Assembly (NCBI GenBank): GCA_038861545.1 | Contig: JAWCCZ010000002.1 | Coordinates: 206,434-270,433 of the forward strand | DNA from: Thermofilaceae archaeon | GTDB lineage: Archaea; Thermoproteota; Thermoprotei; Thermofilales; Thermofilaceae | DNA: 64,000 nt | Direction: 5' to 3' | Part shown: positions 38,388-47,014 of the stretch, in pieces | Layout of the letters: every line of letters begins with the position of its first letter | How positions within the stretch are numbered: position 1 is the stretch's first letter | Program-made: the position numbers and the translations under genes | The notes under the pieces: model-generated | Databases searched by the model: none | What the model was told of the DNA's origin: nothing | What the model saw: the letters and a program-made list of their open reading frames with translations, nothing else

Positions 38388-39944
38388 TCATTTCGTTCTA
38401 GATCTCACCAATCCGATTATAGTCCCTTCGAGCTGCAGGATCGGTTTAATTATCGAGCGCAGGGGAACACGGTCAAGCATAACTCCCAAAGCATCCAAGT
38501 CACTGTGGTCGAGACAGCCCAGAATAGGCGTTAGTACTCCGTAGGCTAGTAAGTACACAGGTACTGAGCTAGCAAGCCGTATGAGGTAGTGCACTCCAGT
38601 TAACATGATTAGCGCTGCCGGCACAGCTGCTAAAAGCGCTGCAACGCTTAAGCGAACCGCGGTCCTCCAATCCACATCGGCACCCCGCTCGATGGCTTCT
38701 CTTAAGCTGTAAAGGCTTGATGCGAGACTGGATACGAGTGTTGCAGCGATCACACCGTGAATGCTGGCAAAGGGCGCTAGTGCAGTTGACAAGGGAAAGA
38801 AAATAAAGGCATAAAATACCATAGCTTTAAAGTTTACACGGGTTTCACCGATCCCTTGAAAGAAGCTGCCAAGCGCGACTGTTCCAAGGCCAGTCCATAG
38901 GAAGCTTACAGCTTGAAGGGACAGGTAAATTGGAGCTAAACGGTAAGCTTCTCCGTACACTAACCGAACTAGATCCCAAGACCCAATGAGAACGTAAGCA
39001 CCCAGGGGTGCGAGCATAAGGGCTGAGTACTTAGCCGCGTAGCGGAAGGCTCTTTTAGCGTCGGTTTTCTCTAGCTTAGAGAAAGTCGGGAAAAGGGTAG
39101 TAGCGATGGGGGCGGAGAAAAGCTGGAGAAGAGCGAGAAAATTCGCGGCTACTTTAAGGTTCCCTACTTCCTCGTCTGTCGCAAACCATGCAATAATTGA
39201 GTTCTGGTACACACTAAGAGCCGTGCCGAGAGCAGTTGACCCATAAATGGGTAACCCATACTCAAGAAATACCCGCAGCTTCCCCCATTCGGCTGGTCCA
39301 AAAGCCTCAATCCTTCTTCGAAGTAGCAACAAGCCGACGATAGCTGCAAGAGCATGGCCAGTTACGAAGCCCAGTACTGCACCGCTACACCCCCAGTAAA
39401 GGGATAACGTTAGAGAAGCGATGCTGCGAAAAGTATCTCGTACAATTGGGAGTAAACCGAGAGCTTTGGCATCGCCTAAACCCAGTAAAGCTGAGTGAGA
39501 TAAATTCAACAAAGAGTTAAAAACTACTAGTGGCAACGCGATACGCGCAACTGGCGCTAACTCAGGCCTGTTTAAGAGTATTGCAGATAACTCCTCGGAG
39601 AACATGAAACCGAGAACCATAGAACATAGGGATGTGGATAAAACGAATCTGAGAGCAAGGCCAGCGAGCGGGGAGGCTGAACTTAAATCCCCCTTAGCCG
39701 ATAACCTGGACATTTCTCTAGCTAGAGCTGCTGATAACCCGAAATCCGTGGTCAACATGAGAAAACCGGGTATCGTTATCGAAAGCGAGTACTTCCCGTA
39801 CTCCTCTGGGCCGAGAATCCTAGCTAAAAATATCGAGGAAAAACCAGCTACCAGTGTAGCTAGAACTTGCCCTCCGAATAGCGAGAAAACGCTGACCACG
39901 CTTCCCGAGGCAGCGTCAGCTAGCGTACTCTGATCTTCCATCAA
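38388..39944 (-). CDS. Oligosaccharide flippase / polysaccharide export (Wzx/MOP family)
   Basis: LARILGPEEYG, DFGLSAALAR and LFPTFSKL motifs; about 14 TM segments. Confidence 0.88.
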   Translation of the reverse strand: MMEDQSTLADAASGSVVSVFSLFGGQVLATLVAGFSSIFLARILGPEEYGKYSLSITIPGFLMLTTDFGLSAALAREMSRLSAKGDLSSASPLAGLALRFVLSTSLCSMVLGFMFSEELSAILLNRPELAPVARIALPLVVFNSLLNLSHSALLGLGDAKALGLLPIVRDTFRSIASLTLSLYWGCSGAVLGFVTGHALAAIVGLLLLRRRIEAFGPAEWGKLRVFLEYGLPIYGSTALGTALSVYQNSIIAWFATDEEVGNLKVAANFLALLQLFSAPIATTLFPTFSKLEKTDAKRAFRYAAKYSALMLAPLGAYVLIGSWDLVRLVYGEAYRLAPIYLSLQAVSFLWTGLGTVALGSFFQGIGETRVNFKAMVFYAFIFFPLSTALAPFASIHGVIAATLVSSLASSLYSLREAIERGADVDWRTAVRLSVAALLAAVPAALIMLTGVHYLIRLASSVPVYLLAYGVLTPILGCLDHSDLDALGVMLDRVPLRSIIKPILQLEGTIIGLVRSRTK

Positions 39945-40306
39945 ACTGCCGATAACCTAAGATTAATAATAATTATTGTTGGTTTATATTAAAACCGAAC
40001 TGCCCAGTCCATGCCTCATGCTTCGCATACAACGTGTGGATTGGGTCATCCTATCCTTAGCACCCGCCCCCGGTTCTATCTTTTCCAATCCTGATGGTTT
40101 AAGCTAAGTGCTTACTAGACCCGGCGGTGTGGAGACGCTGACGGCACATCTGAACCTCCCGAAGCTCTTGGTAAGATCGCGAAATACCCGCTGTGTAAAC
40201 TTAGAGAAAAAGCTCGTTATAACAAATGAAAAACTTAGTGTTGCTTTTCTAAGACCCGTAGATAGCGAAAAGCCTTAGGTATGCTGTGCTGGTTTGGATA
40301 TGCTTA

Positions 40307-40331
40307 TATACTTGTATATTATGCAAGTATA
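40307..40331. promoter_or_regulatory. Imperfect inverted repeat (12-1-12), likely vapBC operator overlapping the TATA box
   Basis: TATACTTGTATA-T-TATGCAAGTATA (one mismatch), 13 bp upstream of the antitoxin ATG and overlapping TTATATA at 40304-40310. Confidence 0.6.
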
Positions 40332-40344
40332 GCAGGTCGACGCT

Positions 40345-40554
40345 ATGAGTGAAGCTACGACCGTCAGGGTTTCAAAGGGGACGCTTAGGATGCTTGAGAA
40401 CATGCGTAGAAGGCTGAATGCTTCCACGCTCGATGAGACTATACGGCTGCTCATCGTTCAGCAACGTAAAAGGAGACTTGAGGAGGTTTTCGGCGTGGAT
40501 AAGGGGAGGGTGAAACCCTTTTCAGAGGAGGATCGCGGTGAGGATCGTAGTTGA
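40345..40554 (+). CDS. VapB-type antitoxin
   Basis: 69 aa with TTVRVSKGT...TLDETIR DNA-binding pattern and acidic tail; overlaps the PIN gene. Confidence 0.8.
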   Translation: MSEATTVRVSKGTLRMLENMRRRLNASTLDETIRLLIVQQRKRRLEEVFGVDKGRVKPFSEEDRGEDRS

Positions 40555-40948
40555 CACCTACGCGTGGATTGAGGTATTTATTGGAGGTAGAAACAGTGAA
40601 AAAGTGAAGGAGATTATCGAGGGATCCGAAGAAGTGTACACGCCGGACGTAGTGTTAGCTGAAATAGCCCGTAAATACTTGAAGGAGGGAGTGGAGGGGT
40701 GGGAAATTATCGAGCGCTTAAAAGTGATAGAGGAAACTTCCGAGATCGTCCCCATAGATAGGTGTATAGCCCTTGAAGCTGCAAAATGTTACGCGGAGCT
40801 CGTGGAAAAAGCTAGGCGGGAGAAATTAAAGGCCCCAAGCCTCTTCGACGCCATAATACTGGCTACCGCAAGAACACGCGACGCAGAACTGATTACTGGA
40901 GACGAGCACTTCAAGGGAGTAGATAAAGTGGTATGGATAGGATTTTGA
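40538..40948 (+). CDS. vapC: VapC PIN-domain ribonuclease toxin
   Basis: VVDTYAWIE, VVLAE, SLFDA and ITGDEHF provide the PIN acidic residues. Confidence 0.9.
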   Translation: MRIVVDTYAWIEVFIGGRNSEKVKEIIEGSEEVYTPDVVLAEIARKYLKEGVEGWEIIERLKVIEETSEIVPIDRCIALEAAKCYAELVEKARREKLKAPSLFDAIILATARTRDAELITGDEHFKGVDKVVWIGF

Positions 40949-41496
40949 GCTTTACTGGCTAAGCTGATGGCATTGACAGCAAATCATTCAGCTGTGAAGG
41001 ATGCCGATGGGATTACTATCAGCATTGCACGGTTGAATCGGTTGCGACAAAGTTTTCTTCTGAGAGAAGGCTTTACGCTTAAACTGCGAGTCTAAATTAA
41101 GGGACTGGCACGTTCTTACTGACCAATTCTCTCCTACACCCCAATTTTTCCTTAAGAACTTCGTGAACCGGGCTTCTACCGCCCGCTCGGGCTCCACAGG
41201 TTGGTTAACGTTTACATAGTACTCGTGATAACTTTCCCAAGCTCGCTGGAAAAACCTTCCAGGGTAGTGCGTTGAACGGCCCGGGAGCCTCTCTAGCGTG
41301 CACCCCTATCTGTGTCCGCACATCAGCTCAATTATTTTCCATAGTTATTGAGAACCTTCCACAAGTCCGGCAAGTCTAACTGGTGCCAACGTTTCCATTG
41401 GAGTGGGGAAACACCTGGCTACGGCGCTTCCTGTGCGCTGCCTCGTACCATTTTAAAGAAGACAATGTGAGGGGCCGGATGATAGTTGGGGGAACG

Positions 41497-42765
41497 TTAA
41501 TCTCCTACCCCTATTAGTAGGATATCGCTATTCAGCTCAGGCATTCGAATCAGTGTGCAGTCCCCCGACTCCTCGACCACGGGCTTTATGAAGCTACGGG
41601 TCTCAAGCGCGAAACCCTCCCACTCATACGATGCTGAGTCAACCCTCAGCTTAACATCCCAGTTATACGGGGCGTAAACCACCAGCTTACCCTTCCCTTG
41701 CGCCACTCTGATATCCTGGTTCATAGGGGACAGAACCTCGTTAGCCGGCTTTATATCGAATAAATCATGCTTTTCGAACAGCCATTTCGCAAAAGCTACG
41801 TCGAAAGCGCCTTTAAACCCTAAAGCAGACCTCCAATCGTAAGATGGACCCGAGTACCCTTCGCCGTAGAAAACCCTTTCCAGCTTATGCCAGTTCCAGA
41901 TACCGAGCGCGCCGTAAGCTACACCGGCCTTCGCGCCGGATAGAAGGCTCCACCAAACGGCTCGCCTAACGTCAGCCCTGGTGAACCTGTTGTACTTACC
42001 GCCGGCTATCCCCTCGTAGCAAGGTTCCCCGTTGACGACCGGCCTCTTCACCGGCATCCTATAGAATTTCTCAGCCAGCTCGTAGGCCAGCCGCTGGCTA
42101 TCCCTATCGTGGCCCGACTGGTACATGTAGAAATCGTAGTACGGAGATTTCCATACAGCTTCAGGTAGCTCCCAAAGCCCGCCCATTAAGTGCATCGTTG
42201 TAAGGCAGGAGTAACCCCTACTCTTAACCACCTTTAAGGCGGTAGTGTAGTACTCCACCGCCTCCTCGTTCTCGAAGTTCGTATCCCCGCTGATCACGAA
42301 CACTGGATCGTACTTCCCAAATTTCTCAGCCACGTACTCCACGTAGGATTCAAGGTTCTCCCTCGGGATAACTCTAGTCGGTTTAATAAGCCTCGACCCC
42401 CAAGTGCCGGGCACGTAATTGCACCAGAGAACCACGAGCGCCAGCGTGAAACCAGCCTCAACAGCCATTCCAACCATTTTCTCGGCACGGTCAAAGTACT
42501 CTTCGTTAACCTTGCTGAAGTCCCACACTCCGCTAGAGGCCTGTTTAAATGGTTCAGGGAAAGCGTTCAGCTCGCTTCTATCGTGCTGGGGTAGCACGTT
42601 GATCTGGAGAGCGTTAAACCCCTGCATTCTCCTATATTCAAGGTAGTACTTCCAATCGTCCAGCGAGGCATTCGTAAAAGCGCTCCAGCAGGTATCAGCT
42701 AAGTAAAAGAACTTTTTCCCACCCCTTAGAAAATGATCCCCAGATTCGGAAATCGTTACCTTCAT
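41497..42765 (-). CDS. DUF4038 / GH140 (apiosidase-like) glycoside hydrolase
   Basis: FFYLADTCW, QGFN, YFDR, MYQSGH, PVVNGEPCYEG and GVAYGA motifs. Confidence 0.8.
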   Translation of the reverse strand: MKVTISESGDHFLRGGKKFFYLADTCWSAFTNASLDDWKYYLEYRRMQGFNALQINVLPQHDRSELNAFPEPFKQASSGVWDFSKVNEEYFDRAEKMVGMAVEAGFTLALVVLWCNYVPGTWGSRLIKPTRVIPRENLESYVEYVAEKFGKYDPVFVISGDTNFENEEAVEYYTTALKVVKSRGYSCLTTMHLMGGLWELPEAVWKSPYYDFYMYQSGHDRDSQRLAYELAEKFYRMPVKRPVVNGEPCYEGIAGGKYNRFTRADVRRAVWWSLLSGAKAGVAYGALGIWNWHKLERVFYGEGYSGPSYDWRSALGFKGAFDVAFAKWLFEKHDLFDIKPANEVLSPMNQDIRVAQGKGKLVVYAPYNWDVKLRVDSASYEWEGFALETRSFIKPVVEESGDCTLIRMPELNSDILLIGVGD

Positions 42766-42785
42766 TGTCCTTTACCGCCTTAGAA

Positions 42786-42953
42786 TTAGTTTATATATGT
42801 GTGCTTCCATCCACGTGCGAGCAGGAGAAGCATACTGGAGCTGTAAATAATCCGGGTGCGCACCTTTAACCCGTGTTTTTCGGCTACTTGATCCTCTTCG
42901 CAGAGCCTGTTGTAAACCCCCTTGGGGTAGGTGGTGGTTGCTTCGACTTCCAT
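42786..42953 (-). CDS. Possible small ORF (55 aa), weak RHH/antitoxin-like
   Basis: Hand translation MEVEATTTYPKGVYNRLCEEDQVAEKHGLKV...; TTTTAA about 30 bp upstream; below the ORF-track cutoff. Confidence 0.25.
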   Translation of the reverse strand: MEVEATTTYPKGVYNRLCEEDQVAEKHGLKVRTRIIYSSSMLLLLARGWKHTYIN

Positions 42954-43109
42954 ACTTCAGACTAGCTATAAGCGCGCGTTTCCCTTAAAACAATATATAG
43001 TTAACTGGTAAACTTCTGAACAGGTACACTCAACTGAAAACGCTGACAGCTATGTTTTTACTTTCTGCTATCCGAAAGAGTCATATAATTTGGTAGAGTA
43101 TTATGATCT

Positions 43110-43745
43110 GTGAGTTTGTCAGAAAGAGAGGTCGAAGAGCTAACCAAGAGAGCTCTACGTGATGCCTACTTTTCAGAGCGCGAAGTAGTTAAGAGCGCGC
43201 CTACAAACGTGGTGTACCCAACCGAGCTGAACCAGTGCTTGCGTAAAAGCTGGTATGAGCGGACAGTCGCTGAACCGCCACCCCCTGAGCGGTTAGTTCT
43301 CTTCCTACTCGGCGAAAAGCTACACGATGTAGCTGGAGAGTACTTCCCGATCGGGACCGGAGAGAAGACCTTTGAGAAAACTGTGGAGGGGGTTATAATA
43401 AGAGGACGATTAGACCGTGAACTCCCCTCATGCCTTGTAGAGTTTAAGAGCACCACCACTATACCTGAGAGTCCCAGACCATACCATGTGGATCAAGCCC
43501 AACTTTATATGTGGTTAACAGGAAAAGATCATGCTTTCATCGTCTATGTTTCAAAGAATACTGGTGAAGTAAAAGCATTCCGAGTGCAACGGGACGAAAA
43601 GCGTATCGAAGAACTGCTGAAAAGGGCTGTTGAGTACAGTAGCCACCTCCAAGCGAGTGCCCCGCCGCAACCGGAGCCCGGGTTCCTCTGCAAGTACTGT
43701 GACTACATTCAGCTATGCCCAGCGAATATGGGATCCCAAGCTTAG
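43110..43745 (+). CDS. cas4: Solo Cas4-like PD-(D/E)XK exonuclease with 4Fe-4S motif
   Basis: N-terminal Cys (NQCLRK), GEKLH, GRLD, VEFK, QAQLY and C-terminal CKYCDYIQLC. Confidence 0.85.
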   Translation: MSLSEREVEELTKRALRDAYFSEREVVKSAPTNVVYPTELNQCLRKSWYERTVAEPPPPERLVLFLLGEKLHDVAGEYFPIGTGEKTFEKTVEGVIIRGRLDRELPSCLVEFKSTTTIPESPRPYHVDQAQLYMWLTGKDHAFIVYVSKNTGEVKAFRVQRDEKRIEELLKRAVEYSSHLQASAPPQPEPGFLCKYCDYIQLCPANMGSQA

Positions 43746-43805
43746 TTTTAGAAAGTTAACTCGCATCACTAAGCCTTCTGCTCTACGGTACTTCTGCATT
43801 GATTT

Positions 43806-44097
43806 TCGAAATGATATACTGATGCATCGTTGAAGTTGACGCCTTCCATAGCAGCTAGTACAGCGCTCTCGAGTATGTATAGTCATCCACCCCTTCAACG
43901 CTCAGGTTTTCCTTTGAGAAAAGGTCTCTATAAAGCGATGAAGGGTTGCCCATCTGTATCCTTCAACTCGTTCACTATTTCGATAATATACACCGCTACC
44001 TGCTTAGCTCACTTTTTCGCGTTAGCTCCTGTAGGTATTTCTTCACTTCCTCTGTTTGAAATTAATTATAGAAGAGAACATTAGCATCGATTATTTT
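43806..44097 (-). pseudogene. Decayed PIN/VapC toxin gene
   Basis: Minus-strand fragments across frames, with stops and frameshifts: KIIDANVLFY* / VAVYIIEIVNEL / LFSKENLSVEGVDDYTY / AVLAAMEGVNFNDASVY. Confidence 0.55.
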
Positions 44098-44181
44098 GAG
44101 CTGATTTAGAAAGGCGTTTTCAAATAAGCCTCTCTGGTAACGGTAGCGGCGGATTGAAAAAGCCGTGTTATAGAGGGGGGT

Positions 44182-45180
44182 GTGCATCTTGAGCCGCCAT
44201 CAGGTGTTCACCGCTTATCTTTGAATGAAAATCTCTTCCTCCCCAAGGAGTTAATCCTATCCATTACCCGAAGAGCACTCGAGTTGATCGATCCAAGGCT
44301 TTACGCCGACGTTTACGGCGAGGGATTAGCGGAGAAGCTTGCAGAGTTTCATGACGTAGATATGAGAGAAATTATTGTTGGCCCTGGAGCCGACTATATA
44401 ATTTACCTTTTAGCCTCGCTAGGGAGAGAGGGGGTCGTAATAGTTGAACCGACCTTTGAGGAGTACGAGCGGGCAGCGTGCCTCTTCGGAGCGCCAGTAA
44501 CTAAAATCCTATTAGGCGAAGACTTCAGTTTAATCCCTAGTCGGATTAGACAAGCTTCAGGTCGGATAGTGTACATGGCTTCGCCTAACAACCCTACTGG
44601 GAACCAATATGATAAAGCTGCTGTAGAAGAGGTTGCCGACTCAGTGGAGAGTATAATCGTAGTGGACGAGGCGTATGCAGAGTATGGACGATACACATTA
44701 ATCCATGAGGCTCCAAGCTTGAATAACCTTGTCGTGGTTAGGACATTTAGTAAAGCGTGGGGGCTTGCCGGTTTGCGAGTAGGTTACGCTGTTACGAATG
44801 CAGAGCTCGCGAAGAAACTTAAGGAAAAGGGGAGAGTTTTCGCAACTTCAATCCTTTCACTGAAGGCCGCAGAGCTTATGCTGGATCACTGGCATGAGGT
44901 AAGCAAAGCTGTAGAGGAGGCCAAGCTAGTAAGAGATTGGTTGATCGGGGAGATAGCTCACATCGCTAAACCATACCACTCTGATGCAAACTTCGTAATG
45001 ATTCGGCTTCCCTTCCGCAGTGATAAAATAAGAGAAGAACTGTTGAAACGGGGATTCGCTATCAAGGACATTAGTATGAAACCTTTATGCGAGAATTGTA
45101 TACGTGTTACTGTCGCGCCTAAACAGATAAGTGAAAAATTCCTTCAAGCATTCCGTGAAGTGATCCAAAGTTTAGCTTAA
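44182..45180 (+). CDS. Histidinol-phosphate aminotransferase family (class II PLP aminotransferase)
   Basis: LSLNEN, SPNNPTG, VDEAY and RTFSKAWGLAGLRVGY motifs. Confidence 0.9.
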   Translation: MHLEPPSGVHRLSLNENLFLPKELILSITRRALELIDPRLYADVYGEGLAEKLAEFHDVDMREIIVGPGADYIIYLLASLGREGVVIVEPTFEEYERAACLFGAPVTKILLGEDFSLIPSRIRQASGRIVYMASPNNPTGNQYDKAAVEEVADSVESIIVVDEAYAEYGRYTLIHEAPSLNNLVVVRTFSKAWGLAGLRVGYAVTNAELAKKLKEKGRVFATSILSLKAAELMLDHWHEVSKAVEEAKLVRDWLIGEIAHIAKPYHSDANFVMIRLPFRSDKIREELLKRGFAIKDISMKPLCENCIRVTVAPKQISEKFLQAFREVIQSLA

Positions 45181-45267
45181 TCTATATGCTTACATTTGAG
45201 CTAGTGTGGAGTAGGTTACTTGATAAAGGACTAAAGAAAAAAAATACGTTTAATACTTTGGGGTAAG

Positions 45268-46389
45268 CTAACCAGTCAGTACCGCTTTTTTGACGGCGTT
45301 TAGGACTTCGAACTGGTCACCTTTACTGCGAGCTTCCTCTAATTCCTCCTTTTTAGCATATATTAAGAGGGCTTTTTTCATAAGGTTACCGAAGATTTCT
45401 CTGCTAAGCGCCATCGCCTTCGTGGGGTCCATTCTGTATGTGAATTGGTCTTCGCCAAACCAACCCTCATAGCCAGTGTCGATAGCTGCGTACAAGTAAT
45501 CCACGAAGCGCCATACATCTCCTGTTCCAAATACCCGGTCCTCATCGTTGCTATGAAGTTTAGCAGTATTAACGTGGAAGTTCGCTATGGGTACACCCAT
45601 TTTATGCAAAACGTAAACAGTGAAAGCAGGTTCAACTGCATACATTTGCTCGTGACCGTAATCGATTGTTACGCCCATGTACTTACCTCCCAGTTCTCGG
45701 TTGATAGTATAAGCTATCCAGCCCGCTAAGTGTGTAGTCGGGATGGTCATATTGCCCTCTTTGGGCTCTTTCAGCTTCGCTTCAACCCCGAACCTTAAAC
45801 CCAGTTCCTTAGCCCTTTTAGCCGCTTGATGACACGCTTCAATAAACCATTCAAAGTGCTTACCGTAATTAACTTCGAAGTTGTAGTCCCATCCGTCCTG
45901 ACCCGGCCAGAAGCTGAAAGCCTCGCATCCCACGGCTTTGGCGATGTCGGCTGCTTGCAGAAGCACCTCGAGCGCTTTTTCTCGAACCTCCTTCTTCGGG
46001 TGAGTTACACTGCCGAGCTTCCACCTAGGATCAGTGAACATGTTCACGTTCATCGTTGTAGCCTTTAGACCCAGTTTTTCGAGAAGCCCTTTAACTTCGG
46101 TGATTCTATCCTCCACAACCTTCAGCTTCCCATCGAGGAATAGAACATCGTGGAACTCGATTCCCTTTATACCGGCTTTCGCCACCCTCTCCATCTGGGC
46201 TTTTATACTGCTGTCGAGTTCCGGCCAATAACCTTGCGTAGCGAACCTATCCAGGAAATCGCCGGCAGCCCAGTGGCCCGCCGCGAACTTAATGTTGAAT
46301 TCCTCGAAGAACCTGTTAAGCCTTTCGCCTTCAAGGTACCCTGCGTACTCACTTTCCAGCTTGGATAGTATGTTTTTGTCTACTTTCAC
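45268..46389 (-). CDS. Xylose-isomerase-family TIM-barrel sugar isomerase
   Basis: IEFHD, WPGQDG, EAKLKEP, DYGHE, FHVN, DEDR and EDQF metal-binding motifs. Confidence 0.85.
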   Translation of the reverse strand: MKVDKNILSKLESEYAGYLEGERLNRFFEEFNIKFAAGHWAAGDFLDRFATQGYWPELDSSIKAQMERVAKAGIKGIEFHDVLFLDGKLKVVEDRITEVKGLLEKLGLKATTMNVNMFTDPRWKLGSVTHPKKEVREKALEVLLQAADIAKAVGCEAFSFWPGQDGWDYNFEVNYGKHFEWFIEACHQAAKRAKELGLRFGVEAKLKEPKEGNMTIPTTHLAGWIAYTINRELGGKYMGVTIDYGHEQMYAVEPAFTVYVLHKMGVPIANFHVNTAKLHSNDEDRVFGTGDVWRFVDYLYAAIDTGYEGWFGEDQFTYRMDPTKAMALSREIFGNLMKKALLIYAKKEELEEARSKGDQFEVLNAVKKAVLTG

Positions 46390-46483
46390 GGTTTAACCTA
46401 CCGTGCGCAAGTAAAAATGGGTTACGCAGCAAGCCGTGGATGCATGGCCGTTAATTCTTTAAATTCAGGCTGCTGGAACCTGC

Positions 46484-47014
46484 ATGGATGCTAAAGCCCC
46501 TGCCCTATCGGCGTTGATCGCTGCCATGTACGCTGTGCTTGTGGCTGCGCTTCCAATGGTCTCGTTCCTCATGTGGCAGGTCAGGTTGGCTGACTCGTTA
46601 CTTATGCTGAGCACGGTTTTAGGCTGGCCCGCCATAATCGGAGTTACCGTCGGCTGTTTCATAGGTAACTTATCCGCGCCGTGGGGATCCATCGGGTTAA
46701 TACTGCTTGACGCGGCGCTGGGCAGCTTAGCTAACTTCCTGGCTAGCTATGCTGGTTACATGCTGGCCTACGGACGCGGGCTAAGTGAGAAGCTGGCAGC
46801 AGCTGTAGCGGAGATAGTGATCGTCTCCTTCATCGTGGGTACTTACATCAAGTACCTCATGCTATGGGCTTTTGGGATAAATATACCCTTAGCGATTAGT
46901 ATTTTGGGCGTTGTACCCGGTTCCGTTGTGGCGATCGGCGTACTCGGTACGGCCCTAGCCGTAGCCTTGGAGAAAAGAGTTCGGATCGGCGATTGGCGCC
47001 CTTCAAGTCCATAA
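46484..47014 (+). CDS. queT: QueT-family transporter (ECF S component)
   Basis: ALIAAMY, QVRLAD, GVTVGCFIGNL and DAALGSLA match the QueT pattern. Confidence 0.8.
   Translation: MDAKAPALSALIAAMYAVLVAALPMVSFLMWQVRLADSLLMLSTVLGWPAIIGVTVGCFIGNLSAPWGSIGLILLDAALGSLANFLASYAGYMLAYGRGLSEKLAAAVAEIVIVSFIVGTYIKYLMLWAFGINIPLAISILGVVPGSVVAIGVLGTALAVALEKRVRIGDWRPSSP

Noticed and set aside
43630-44084. ORF-track ORFs 43630-43833, 43713-43898 and 43830-44084
   Set aside because: They overlap cas4 or the PIN pseudogene and have no independent coding signal.
46391-46399. AGGTTAAAC upstream of both the isomerase (minus strand) and GH31 (54804-54812) as a shared sugar operator
   Set aside because: Similar GGTT(A/T)A strings precede unrelated genes and could be ribosome-binding sequence; two 9-mers are not enough evidence.
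46390-46483. preQ1 riboswitch upstream of queT
   Set aside because: No preQ1 aptamer consensus is visible; the 94-bp gap is accounted for by divergent promoters.
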